The notes under the pieces: model-generated
Database searches by the model: none
What the model was told of the DNA's origin: nothing
What the model saw: only the letters and a program-made list of their open reading frames with translations
Part shown: positions 1 to 8,814 of the stretch, piece after piece
Numbering within the stretch: position 1 is the stretch's first letter
Layout of the letters: each line of letters starts with the position of its first letter
Made by a program: the position numbers and the translations under genes
Source of the DNA: Chloroflexota bacterium
Lineage (GTDB): Bacteria > Chloroflexota > Limnocylindria > Limnocylindrales > CSP1-4
NCBI GenBank assembly: GCA_043743315.1
Contig: JAYTWS010000009.1
Span: 1 to 46,988, forward strand
Direction of reading: 5' to 3'
DNA: 46,988 bases

Positions 1-233
1 GCGGCGGCGAGGCTGGCGACGCGGCCCCCGTAGGAATGTCCGCCCACCCCAACCTCGCGCGCGCGACCGTCGGGCACGGCGGCACGCCAGGCCGGGACAG
101 CGTCCTCCGCTCGACGTTTCGGCAGGTCGACGGCCGAGGCGGCGATACCACGCACCTCGAGGCCGCGCACGAATGGAGCCATCGATGCCGCGTTGCCACT
201 TGCTCCGTGGCCCAGATGCAGTCGGATCGGCAT
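1..233 (-). CDS. alpha/beta-fold hydrolase (COG3571-like), N-terminal part; gene continues past the left edge
   Basis: Absent from the ORF track because no stop lies in the window. My translation from ATG 233-231 is MPIRLHLGHGASGNAASMAPFVRGLEVRGIAASAVDLPKRRAEDAVPAWRAAVPDGRAREVGVGGHSYGGRVASLAA. It has HGxxG near the N-terminus and a G-H-S-Y-G nucleophile elbow. A GAGG lies a few nt upstream of the ATG. Confidence 0.6.
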   Translation of the reverse strand, partial: MPIRLHLGHGASGNAASMAPFVRGLEVRGIAASAVDLPKRRAEDAVPAWRAAVPDGRAREVGVGGHSYGGRVASLAA

Positions 234-271
234 GGCCTCAGCGTACTGCCCGGCGCCGTATCCTCGTGGCG

Positions 272-856
272 ATGAGCGACATCGGCCGATGCCCATGGGG
301 GGACACCACCGCGGGCGATGCCCGGATGACCGCGTACCACGACGATGAATGGGGCGTCCCCGTCCGCGGCGATGGCGAGCTGTTCGAGCGACTCATCCTC
401 GAGACCTTCCAGGCTGGCCTGTCGTGGCGGACGATCCTCCACAAACGCGACGCATTTCGTGCTGCCTACCGTGGGTTCGACACCGCGACCGTCGCCGCCT
501 TCGGCGACGCCGACAGGGCACGCCTGATGGCCGATGCCGGCATCGTTCGGAATCGCTCGAAGGTCGATGCCTCGATCGGCAACGCCGCGGCGTTCCTGGC
601 GGTCGTCGCCGAGTTCGGATCCTTTGGTTCGTACCTGACGACGATCGTCCCGGTGCCCGCCGCCACGCGTGGACCCGGCGCGACGATGGCCGACCTCCCG
701 GCCACGACCGCGGTCTCGGATGCGCTCTCGGCGGACCTGCGGCGTCGTGGCTTCAGGTTCGTCGGGTCGACGATCGTGTATGCCTTCATGCAGAGCGTGG
801 GCCTGGTCGACGACCACGTCGCCGGCTGCTTCCACCACCGGCCCGCGCCCGGCTGA
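272..856 (+). CDS. tag: DNA-3-methyladenine glycosylase I
   Basis: ORF 173..856. From ATG 272 the product reads MSDIGRCPWGDTTAGDARMTAYHDDEWGVP...FQAGLSWRTIL...GFRFVGSTIVYAFMQSVGLVDDHVAGC, colinear with the Tag family. ATG 173 would overlap the divergent hydrolase gene, so 272 is preferred. Confidence 0.9.
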   Translation: MSDIGRCPWGDTTAGDARMTAYHDDEWGVPVRGDGELFERLILETFQAGLSWRTILHKRDAFRAAYRGFDTATVAAFGDADRARLMADAGIVRNRSKVDASIGNAAAFLAVVAEFGSFGSYLTTIVPVPAATRGPGATMADLPATTAVSDALSADLRRRGFRFVGSTIVYAFMQSVGLVDDHVAGCFHHRPAPG

Positions 857-890
857 TCTGCTCGGCGGCGCTCAGCCGGGCCTCACGCTG

Positions 891-1748
891 TCAGAGTTCG
901 CGGCGCCGAAGGGAAATCGCGGCCAGCGACATCACGAGGACCATCCAGACCCCGGTCCAGACGAGGAATCCGAGGGTCGGCGGGGCCGTCGCGAAGAACG
1001 GGTTCGCCTCGGCCAGCGGGTTGCCCGCGGCGGCCGCGACGATGATGCCGGGCTCGAGGCCGTAGATCACGCCGCGCCACAAACCGTCGGTCGGCAGGAT
1101 GGCTCGCCCGACCTGTCCGACGATCTCGAGATTCACGTCGGGGTTGCTCGCGGTGATGGCGATCCCCACCCGTTCGATCGCTCCGGCGGCCCATGACAGG
1201 CCGAAGATGACCACGGAGATCGCTCCAGCCCCGATCGGCGGGAGACGCGTCGAGAGCAGCAGGCTGAGCGACAGGACGACCAGGCCCTCGGTCGCGAGAT
1301 ACGCCAGCGGGCCGACGATCGACGGAGGCGTGTAGCCCGAGACGCGACTGACGACCAGGATCGCGAGGAGGGCCGAGCCGACCCCGTACGCGACCAGGAC
1401 GATGGCGAGGCCGAGCCATCGCCCGAGGAGGTAGGACGATCGCCGGATCGGGCGCGCGAGCAGGGCCAGGGCGATGCCCGATTCGATGTCGTTGGCGATG
1501 GCCGGAGCGCCAAGGAAGGCCGCCGTCATCGCCAGGACGAAGCTGAACTGGAAGGCGATGAAGATGAGGATCTGGGACACGCCGAGCTGGATCGTCAGTT
1601 CTGGCGTGCCGGACGCGCGGGCAAACGACACGAGCCGATCGATCCCCCAGCCGGTCAGGGCGACGGCCACGATCGCGAGCCCGACGAGGACCCACAGGAT
1701 CCGGCGCCGTGCCGCCTCGCCGATGGTCAGCCGGGCGATGGTGATCAT
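891..1748 (-). CDS. ABC-2 type transporter permease (polytopic membrane protein)
   Basis: 285-aa ORF with about 6 hydrophobic helices. Its ATG overlaps the stop of the upstream ATPase gene by 4 nt (ATGA at 1745-1748), the classic ATPase-permease coupling. Confidence 0.8.
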   Translation of the reverse strand: MITIARLTIGEAARRRILWVLVGLAIVAVALTGWGIDRLVSFARASGTPELTIQLGVSQILIFIAFQFSFVLAMTAAFLGAPAIANDIESGIALALLARPIRRSSYLLGRWLGLAIVLVAYGVGSALLAILVVSRVSGYTPPSIVGPLAYLATEGLVVLSLSLLLSTRLPPIGAGAISVVIFGLSWAAGAIERVGIAITASNPDVNLEIVGQVGRAILPTDGLWRGVIYGLEPGIIVAAAAGNPLAEANPFFATAPPTLGFLVWTGVWMVLVMSLAAISLRRREL

Positions 1749-2713
1749 GCGGCCGAATCCCCACGATTGGTCCGCACCAGCTCGAGGAATCGTGCCTCGA
1801 GCGACTCCCGGCCGGAAGCGACCTCGTGGACGCGGACGCCCATGCCGACCAGCTCGGCGACCAACTCGGGCACCTGCGTTTCGGGCAGGTCCCGAATGAA
1901 CAGGTCACGGCCGTCAAATCGCGGCGTCCCGAACCGGGCGAGGCGCACGACCCCCGGCGGCTCCAGGCCCTCGACGCGGACCCGTGTCTCGTGAGCCCCG
2001 AGGACGTCGGCCAGGGAACCTTCGGCAATGACCATGCCCCGATCCACGATGGCCAGGCGATCGCAGACCTGCTCGACCTCGGTCAGGAGATGCGAGTTCA
2101 GGAGGACGGCAGCGCCCCGGTCACGGGCCGAGCGAAGGATCCCGCGAACATCCATTCGGCCGATCGGGTCGAGCGCGGAGGTCGGCTCGTCGAGGATCAC
2201 GAGCGCCGGATCCCCGACCAGGGCCACGCCGATGCCGAGGCGCTGCTGCATGCCCTTGGAGAAGCCACCGACCGCCGACCCGCCACGCTCGGCCAGGCCA
2301 ACCAATTCGAGGACCCCGTCGAACGCTTCCGAGCGTCCATTCCGGGGCAGGCCGATGAGATCGGCATGCAGGCCCAGGACTTCGCGTGCCCGGAGCCAGG
2401 GCTGGAATCGGAACAGCTCTGGGAGATAACCGATCCGGCGCCGTGCCTCGCGATCCCCGATCGGCCTTCCAAGAACCGTTCCGTGCCCACCCGTTCGCCT
2501 GGTCAGACCGAGGAGCAGCTTCACTGCCGTGGTCTTACCGGCCCCATTCGGTCCGAGGAACCCGAAGATCTCGCCCGGCCGGACCGTCATGGTCAGGCCG
2601 GACAGCGCCTGCACGCGGCCGTACCGCTTGCGCAGGTCGGCGACATCGATGACGAGGCCGGGCTCGGTGGTCATGTCGGTGATGTGGATCCTCGCTCGTC
2701 GGGTGGGAACCAT
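1745..2713 (-). CDS. ABC transporter ATP-binding protein (ABC-2/DrrA-like)
   Basis: Walker A GPNGAGKTT, signature FSKGMQQRL, Walker B LVILDEPTSALD, H-loop NSHLL. The start is uncertain: ATG 2713 or ATG 2674 (MTTEPGLVIDVADLRKRYG). Confidence 0.9.
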   Translation of the reverse strand: MVPTRRARIHITDMTTEPGLVIDVADLRKRYGRVQALSGLTMTVRPGEIFGFLGPNGAGKTTAVKLLLGLTRRTGGHGTVLGRPIGDREARRRIGYLPELFRFQPWLRAREVLGLHADLIGLPRNGRSEAFDGVLELVGLAERGGSAVGGFSKGMQQRLGIGVALVGDPALVILDEPTSALDPIGRMDVRGILRSARDRGAAVLLNSHLLTEVEQVCDRLAIVDRGMVIAEGSLADVLGAHETRVRVEGLEPPGVVRLARFGTPRFDGRDLFIRDLPETQVPELVAELVGMGVRVHEVASGRESLEARFLELVRTNRGDSAA

Positions 2714-2755
2714 CGTGCCACGCTAGCTGTCACCACGTGCACGGATCCTCCGCCC

Positions 2756-2896
2756 ATGATCAACATCGAACGCCCCTGCTGCGACACGCCAATGGCCATC
2801 GACCTGCCGGTGCCGGACCTGCTCCGGTGCGACGACTGCTCGATCACGTGGGACGTGAGCGACGCTGTTGCCCGGGAGGCGCTCATCGCCGCCTGA
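2756..2896 (+). CDS. small Cys-rich hypothetical protein (46 aa)
   Basis: Internal ATG of junk ORF 1826..2896: MINIERPCCDTPMAIDLPVPDLLRCDDCSITWDVSDAVAREALIAA. Nearly every codon ends in G/C, a strong coding signature for this genome. Four Cys form a CC...CxxC pattern. No clear SD. Confidence 0.4.
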   Translation: MINIERPCCDTPMAIDLPVPDLLRCDDCSITWDVSDAVAREALIAA

Positions 2897-3026
2897 TCGG
2901 GCCCGGGGCGGGATCGGCCAGCGGTCGGCCCGGCACCGGCCACCGCCGCGCCTTCCTCGTCGCCGCCACCGACCGCGTCACCGACCACGCCCGAGATCCG
3001 GACCGCCACGGCGCTACCATCCGGCA

Positions 3027-3737
3027 ATGGACGAATCGGCGGAACTCCCAATCGACGAGGCCGCCCTTCGCGCTGCCATCTGCGCAGCGGGACGGCGACT
3101 CGGATCACGCGGCCTGATCAGCGCGGGTGAGGGAAACCTCTCGATCCGACTGTCGGGGTCAACCTTGCTGACCACGCCCACTGGGCGACGGAAGGACGAG
3201 CTTGACCCAGAGGATCTCGTTGTCGTGCCACTGGACGCGTCGGCGGGCCCCGATCCGTCCGGACCGAAGCCCAGCTCGGACATCGCGATTCACCGGGCCA
3301 TCTACCGGGCTCGCGTCGACGTGGTGGCGATCATCCACGCGCACCTGCCGGCTTCGATGGCGCTCACCCTGGCCGGTTCGCCGCCGGACCCGATGGCCCT
3401 TCCTGAAACCGCCTACCACCTCCCGGTCCTGCCGGTCATTCCGTACGGCGCCATGGGCAGCGGCGAGCTTGCCGCTCGGATTGCCGCAGGGTTCGCACCC
3501 GCAGAAGGTCCGGCCCCAGGCGCCGTCCTCCTGGAGCGACACAGAGCGATTGCCGCCGGATCGGCACGGTCGGACCGACCTGCGACCGAGACGCTCACGA
3601 CGGCGCTCCTGACGGCCCTCCTGTCCGCCGGCGATCGCATGGAGCTGGTCGACGTGTTGTGTCGAACCTGGCGTGATGCCATCCTCCTGCGCGCCGCGCT
3701 TGGTCGGACCGACCCGTTGAGACCCATCGGCGGCTGA
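3027..3737 (+). CDS. class II aldolase/adducin-family protein
   Basis: ORF 2868..3737 starts at a TTG. The homologous part begins at ATG 3027 (MDESAELPIDEAALRAAICAAGRRLGSRGLISAGEGNLSIRL...TPTG...DIAIHRAIYRARVDVVAIIHAH), typical of fuculose-phosphate-aldolase / MTRu-1-P-dehydratase-like proteins. Confidence 0.85.
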   Translation: MDESAELPIDEAALRAAICAAGRRLGSRGLISAGEGNLSIRLSGSTLLTTPTGRRKDELDPEDLVVVPLDASAGPDPSGPKPSSDIAIHRAIYRARVDVVAIIHAHLPASMALTLAGSPPDPMALPETAYHLPVLPVIPYGAMGSGELAARIAAGFAPAEGPAPGAVLLERHRAIAAGSARSDRPATETLTTALLTALLSAGDRMELVDVLCRTWRDAILLRAALGRTDPLRPIGG

Positions 3738-3791
3738 CGAGCGGTCGGTATGATGCCGACACTGCCCGATCGGGCGTCAGGAGGAGGGACC

Positions 3792-4466
3792 GTGAACACA
3801 CGCAAGCTGCTGGCCGAGGTCGTCGGGACATTCATCCTTGTGGGTATGGGCTCGATGGCCATCCTGGCCGTGGGTGCCATTCCCGGGTCACCGGCGCTGG
3901 TCGTCATTCCGTTCGGGTTCGGGCTCGGCCTGGTCGCAGCGATCGCCGTCAGCGGCCACGTCTCTGGCGGCCACTTCAATCCCGCGGTCACCCTTGGCGC
4001 GCTGCTGGATGGCCGGATCGACGTCCTGGGCGCGATCGGCTACATGATCGCTCAGGTCATCGGCGCCGTCGCCGGTTCGGCGCTGATTCTCGCGCTGTCC
4101 AGTCAGTCGGTTGTCGCCGGGACGAAGAACATGCCTGGGGTGAGTGAAGGCGGAGCGTTTCTAGCCGAGGTGGTGCTGACGGCGATCTTCGTGGCCGTCA
4201 TCCTCACCGTGACGCGACGAGACGCCGGCCACGCGATCATCGTGATCCCGCTGACCCTGCTGGCGATCCACGCGGTCGGGATCCCGTTCAGCGGTGCCTC
4301 GGTCAACCCGGCTCGTGCCCTCGGGCCGGCGATCGTGTCGGGGGACTTCGCGGCCATCTGGATCTACCTGACCGCTCCGTTCGTGGGTGCGGTCGTGGGC
4401 TGGATCGTGTATCGGGCACTGGCCGCAAGCGATCCTGCGGACGAGCCGGCGGAGACGAGCGCCTAG
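3792..4466 (+). CDS. aqpZ: aquaporin / MIP-family channel
   Basis: Two NPA boxes (HFNPAVT and SVNPARA) and six hydrophobic helices. GTG 3792 is preceded by GGAGGAGGG and preferred over ATG 3750. Confidence 0.9.
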   Translation: MNTRKLLAEVVGTFILVGMGSMAILAVGAIPGSPALVVIPFGFGLGLVAAIAVSGHVSGGHFNPAVTLGALLDGRIDVLGAIGYMIAQVIGAVAGSALILALSSQSVVAGTKNMPGVSEGGAFLAEVVLTAIFVAVILTVTRRDAGHAIIVIPLTLLAIHAVGIPFSGASVNPARALGPAIVSGDFAAIWIYLTAPFVGAVVGWIVYRALAASDPADEPAETSA

Positions 4467-5554
4467 CTGGCCTCGCCCGGGACCGGCGCGGTTCCGGGAA
4501 GGGGCTGCTGCGAGTCCAGCCTGTTGCCGGGCATCGAGATCGGGAGGACCGGAAGGGCGCGCCCGCCTTCGGCGAGCCAGCAGGCGGCCTGGTGGCCGGC
4601 GCCGACGTCGAACAGCGGCGGTTCCTCGACCTTGCATCGATCGAAGGCCAACGGGCAGCGCGGGTGGAATCGGCAGCCACTCGGAATTCTTGACGCGTCC
4701 GGGGTTTCGCCGACGAGGATCGTCCTCGCAGGCGCGTCATCGGACGGCGGATCGGGTGTCGGGGCGACCGACACGAGGGCGGCCGTGTAGGGGTGCCGGG
4801 ACTGCCGGATCACGGCGTCCGCCGGCCCGACCTCCATGATCTTCCCGAGGTACATCACCGCGATGCGGTCGGCGATGACCCAGGCGAGCGACAGGTCATG
4901 GGTGATGAACAGGTAGGTGAGGCCGCGTTCGGCCCGGAGATCGAGCATCAGGCGAAGGAGCTCCGTCCGGATCGAGACATCGAGCATCGAGACCGGCTCA
5001 TCGGCGACGACGAGGTCAGGGCTCATCGCGAGGGCGCCGGCGATCACCACCCGCTGTCGCTGCCCGCCGGACAGCTCATGGGGATAGCGCATCGCGAAGT
5101 CCGCGGGCAGGCCGGCCGCCTGGAGCGCCTCGCCAACCCGCACGTCCCGGTCTGCAGCCCGAGGGGCGAGCCCGTTTACCTCGAGCGGCTCGGCGACGAA
5201 GTCGTGGACGGTCTGCTTTGGATTGAGCGTCTCGTACGGATCCTGGAAGATCGCCTGGACACGGCGTCGGTATGCGCGCAGCTGCCTCGTGCCCCACAGG
5301 GACGAGACGTCCTGTCCGTCGAAGGCGATCGATCCGGCGGTCTGTCGGGTCAGCTTCACGATGACCCGACCGGTGGTGGTCTTGCCGGATCCTGACTCGC
5401 CCACGAGCGCGAGGACCTCGCCCTTGGCGATCGAGAGGTCGATCCCGTCGACGGCCCGGACGAACCCCTTCGAGCGGCGCATGAGCTGATCGGTGACCCC
5501 GCCGTGGATCGGGAAGTGCACCTCGAGTCCCCGGAGCTGGAGGAGGTCGCTCAC
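4463..5554 (-). CDS. peptide ABC transporter ATP-binding protein (OppF/DppF-like)
   Basis: Walker A GESGSGKTT, signature LSGGQRQR, Walker B LVVADEPVSMLD, and a C-terminal oligopeptide-ATPase Cys cluster (CRFHPRCP). A GTG start at 5554 overlaps the OppD-like stop (GTGA). The part of ORF 4463..5824 upstream of it is Arg-rich junk. Confidence 0.9.
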   Translation of the reverse strand: MSDLLQLRGLEVHFPIHGGVTDQLMRRSKGFVRAVDGIDLSIAKGEVLALVGESGSGKTTTGRVIVKLTRQTAGSIAFDGQDVSSLWGTRQLRAYRRRVQAIFQDPYETLNPKQTVHDFVAEPLEVNGLAPRAADRDVRVGEALQAAGLPADFAMRYPHELSGGQRQRVVIAGALAMSPDLVVADEPVSMLDVSIRTELLRLMLDLRAERGLTYLFITHDLSLAWVIADRIAVMYLGKIMEVGPADAVIRQSRHPYTAALVSVAPTPDPPSDDAPARTILVGETPDASRIPSGCRFHPRCPLAFDRCKVEEPPLFDVGAGHQAACWLAEGGRALPVLPISMPGNRLDSQQPLPGTAPVPGEAS

Positions 5555-6771
5555 GACGCCTGCGTCCGCGGCGCGGCGGCGGGTGCGGCAGCGTCGTACG
5601 AGGCCGAGACCCTCGCGTCGGCCAAGGAAGCGCCTCCCGCCCCTCCTCCGGGAAGCACCGACCTTCGCGCAGCGATCGACTCCATGGTCGCCACGATGCC
5701 GCCGTTCGTGCCGGCCGGGTGCAGGTGGCAGGCGACCCTCACCCCGTCCGGGAAGATCACCTCGGGCGGGACGACATCCCGGCAGACGGCCATCGCGACC
5801 GGACAGCGCGGGTGGAACCGGCAACCGCTGGGCGGCTCCCGAAGATCCGGCGGCAGCCCCGGGATGGTGTCCAGGGCCCGGCGATCGGCATGGATGTTCG
5901 GGAAGGCACTCAGAAGCTTGGCCGTGTACGGGTGCCGCGGCGCGGTGAAGATCCTGCGCACCGGGCCCTCCTCGGCCACACGGCCCGCGTACATGACCAT
6001 CGTCCGCTCACAGGTCTCCGCGATCACCGACAGGTCGTGGGTGATGAGGATGAGGGCGAGGCCCAGGTCTCGCCGGAGCCGCTCGAGGAGCTCCAGGATC
6101 TGCGCCTGGACCATGACGTCGAGAGCCGTTGTCGGCTCGTCGCCGATCACGATCTTGGGGTCGCAGGCGAGGGCCATCGCGATCATCGCCCGTTGGCGCA
6201 TCCCGCCCGAGAGTTCATGCGGGTACGCCTGCGCCCGCTGGCTGGGAATGCCGACGAGCTCGAGGAGGTCGCGGGCGCGTTGCCGGGATGCCTCGCGCGT
6301 CTCGCCCAGGCGAAGCTCGATCGGCTCCGCAATCTGCTCGCCGACACGCTGGACCGGATTCAGGGCATTCATCGCGCCCTGGAAAACGATACTGATCTCC
6401 CGCCACCGATAGCGGAGCAGCGCGAGCTCCGACTTCGTGACGAGATCCGTCCCGTGGAAGTTGACGCTGCCGGCGGCGATCCGTCCGTTCGGCGGGAGCA
6501 GGCGGATCAGCGATAGCGCCGTCGTGGTCTTGCCGCACCCGGACTCACCGGCGATCCCGAGTGCCTCGCCATCGTTCAGCCGGAAGCTGACCCCATCGAC
6601 CGCGCTGACCGATGCACCCTCGAGGCTGAAGGTCGTCGTCAGGTTGTCCACGACCAGCAGCGGCGCGCTCGGATCGGCGAGTTTCGGCAGCTCGTGCGGC
6701 CGCCGCACCGGGTTTCGGACTGGGGTCGGGCCAGGAGCCGCCGCAGGAGCCGGAGGACGCTCGGCCGTCAT
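5551..6771 (-). CDS. peptide ABC transporter ATP-binding protein (OppD/DppD-like)
   Basis: Walker A GESGCGKTT, signature LSGGMRQR, Walker B IVIGDEPTTALD, CRFHPRCP. ATGA overlap with the upstream permease at 6768-6771. Pro/Ala-rich N- and C-terminal extensions. Confidence 0.9.
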   Translation of the reverse strand: MTAERPPAPAAAPGPTPVRNPVRRPHELPKLADPSAPLLVVDNLTTTFSLEGASVSAVDGVSFRLNDGEALGIAGESGCGKTTTALSLIRLLPPNGRIAAGSVNFHGTDLVTKSELALLRYRWREISIVFQGAMNALNPVQRVGEQIAEPIELRLGETREASRQRARDLLELVGIPSQRAQAYPHELSGGMRQRAMIAMALACDPKIVIGDEPTTALDVMVQAQILELLERLRRDLGLALILITHDLSVIAETCERTMVMYAGRVAEEGPVRRIFTAPRHPYTAKLLSAFPNIHADRRALDTIPGLPPDLREPPSGCRFHPRCPVAMAVCRDVVPPEVIFPDGVRVACHLHPAGTNGGIVATMESIAARRSVLPGGGAGGASLADARVSASYDAAAPAAAPRTQAS

Positions 6772-7724
6772 CGTCGGCCTCGGGTCTTGGGGTTGAGGAT
6801 GTCGTCCAGCGCATTACCGACGAGGGTGAAGGCGAGCACGACGAGGACGACACAGATCGCCGGTGGCGCGATGTACCACCAAGCCTCGAGGCCCGGGGCG
6901 CCGGCCGACTGCGCGGCGTTGAGAATCTGCCCCCAGGATGGCGCGAACGGATCCCCGAGCCCGATGAACGACAGCGTCGTTTCGGTGAAGACCGCCAGGG
7001 CGAAGGTGATCACCGCCTGCGCCACGATCAGGTTGACGACGTTCGGGAAGATGTGGCGCCGCATGATGTGGCCCGATCCGGCCCCGATCACACGAGCCCG
7101 GTCGACGAACATCCGCTCGCGAATCGAGAGCGTCTGCGATCGGATGATCCGGGCGGTCGTGGCCCACGAGGTCACCCCGATCACCACGACGATCACGAGC
7201 AGAGTTGCTCGAATCCCGAAGAACTCCGCACCCGTCCCGATGACGTCGAGGATGACCGGGGCCAGGATGATCGCGAGCACGAACGTCGGGAGGACGAGGA
7301 AGAAGTCCGTGACGCGCATCAGGATGTTGTCCGTCCGTCCGCCGAGGAAGCCTGCGACGATCCCGATGAGGGCGCCGACGATGATCGTGATCGCGGTTGC
7401 CAGGAGGCCGATCGACATCGAGATCCGTGACCCGTGGATCGTGAGGTTCAGGAGGTCACGACCAAGCTCGTCCGTCCCGAACAGATGATCCGCGGAGGGG
7501 GGCTGCAGGGAGTGACCCGTCGCCGTCGTCGCCGTCTGGAGTGGTCCCACGAACAGCTGTGGCACGATCGCCAGCACCGCGAAGATCGCCAGGATCACGA
7601 AGCCGAGCCGACCGTCGCCGCGACCCGCAAAGCGCCGCGCGAAATCGCGCAGGTTCCGCACCCGAAGGCGCCATCGCTCCGACCGGAGGGCCCGGGTCGT
7701 CGCGGCCGTCGGGCCACTCGTCAC
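6768..7724 (-). CDS. peptide ABC transporter permease (OppC/DppC-like)
   Basis: Polytopic 318-aa ORF with a BPD-transporter-type loop region. The GTG start overlaps the OppB-like stop (GTGA at 7721-7724). Confidence 0.9.
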   Translation of the reverse strand: MTSGPTAATTRALRSERWRLRVRNLRDFARRFAGRGDGRLGFVILAIFAVLAIVPQLFVGPLQTATTATGHSLQPPSADHLFGTDELGRDLLNLTIHGSRISMSIGLLATAITIIVGALIGIVAGFLGGRTDNILMRVTDFFLVLPTFVLAIILAPVILDVIGTGAEFFGIRATLLVIVVVIGVTSWATTARIIRSQTLSIRERMFVDRARVIGAGSGHIMRRHIFPNVVNLIVAQAVITFALAVFTETTLSFIGLGDPFAPSWGQILNAAQSAGAPGLEAWWYIAPPAICVVLVVLAFTLVGNALDDILNPKTRGRR

Positions 7725-8740
7725 GATCGCACTCGGGGGTCCAGGAAAGCGTAGACCAGGTCCGCGACGAGGTTCGCGATCACGACCGTGACCGACAGGA
7801 GCATGAAGACGCCCTGCAGGACCGGGTAGTCACGCGAACTCAGCGCGTCCACGGTGAGCGTGCCGAGACCCGGCCAATTGAACACGACCTCGGCCGTGAT
7901 CGCGCCGGCGACGACATAGCCGAGATTGATGGCGATCAGCGTGACCATCGGCAGCATCGCGTTGGGAAATGCGTGACGGGCCAGGACCTGGCGATCCGTC
8001 AACCCTTTGGCGCGCGCGGTGGAAACGTAATCCTCGGCCCGGGTCTCGATGATCGACGACCGCATGATGATCGAGTAGCCGCCGATGAGCCCCAGGCTGA
8101 CGGTGGCCAGGGGCAGCACGAGATGGCGTCCGAAGTCGAACAGCTGGTCCAGGAACGAGCCGTAGGTCGCCCCAACCGTGAGCATGCCCGACGTCGGGAA
8201 CCATCCCAGACGCGCGGCGAAGATCAGGATCAGCGGCATCCCGATCACGAAGTACGGCATCGAATAGAGGACCAGGCTGATCCCGCTGCCGATCCGATCG
8301 GCCCGGCTGCCTCGTTTCCAGCCGGCATACGCACCGATCGCCAGTCCGACCGTGATGGCGATCACCTCGCCGAACCCGATGAGCAGGATGGTCGGCCAGA
8401 AGCGCTGGCCGATGACGTCGGTGACCGGCGTGCCCCGGAACTTGAGCGAGTAGCCGAGGTCACCGGTCAGCGTCGAGCCGACGAACGAGACCAGCTGGTT
8501 CCGCCCGTTGACCCGGAAGGTCGGCGGATCGATCCCGATCGTAACCGGGAACAGGTCAGCATCAAGGCCCCACTTATGGCGGACCTCGGCGACCTTCTCG
8601 GGGGTCAGATACGGGTTGCGCATGAGGACGCGCTCGGGGGACCCGGGCATCATCCGGAACAGGACGAAGTTCAGCAGGACGATGGCAAAGATCGTCGCCA
8701 GCGCCTGGACGAGCTTCCGCCCGAGGTACCTGCTGGCCAC
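7721..8740 (-). CDS. peptide ABC transporter permease (OppB/DppB-like)
   Basis: 339-aa polytopic ORF. The N-terminus (RYLGRKLVQALATIFAIVLLNFVLFRMMPGSP) is typical of OppB/DppB. GTG start at 8740. Confidence 0.9.
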   Translation of the reverse strand: MASRYLGRKLVQALATIFAIVLLNFVLFRMMPGSPERVLMRNPYLTPEKVAEVRHKWGLDADLFPVTIGIDPPTFRVNGRNQLVSFVGSTLTGDLGYSLKFRGTPVTDVIGQRFWPTILLIGFGEVIAITVGLAIGAYAGWKRGSRADRIGSGISLVLYSMPYFVIGMPLILIFAARLGWFPTSGMLTVGATYGSFLDQLFDFGRHLVLPLATVSLGLIGGYSIIMRSSIIETRAEDYVSTARAKGLTDRQVLARHAFPNAMLPMVTLIAINLGYVVAGAITAEVVFNWPGLGTLTVDALSSRDYPVLQGVFMLLSVTVVIANLVADLVYAFLDPRVRS

Positions 8741-8814
8741 GTCCGATACCGGTCAGACGGTGGGTCGGGGCACCCGAAGGTGCCCCGACTGGATCAACCC
8801 TGTCGGGTTGACAT

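Noticed and set aside
173-271. Upstream ATG 173 as the tag start, and similar long N-terminal extensions in the ORF track (2868, 4463..5824, 8815..10884, 31754..32617, 38459..39454, 39483..40454, 40334..42409).
   Set aside because: The extensions are Arg/Pro-rich, lack homology, and overlap neighbouring genes. Several begin at TTG or GTG, which the track shows as M. Internal starts fit the family N-termini and the SD positions.
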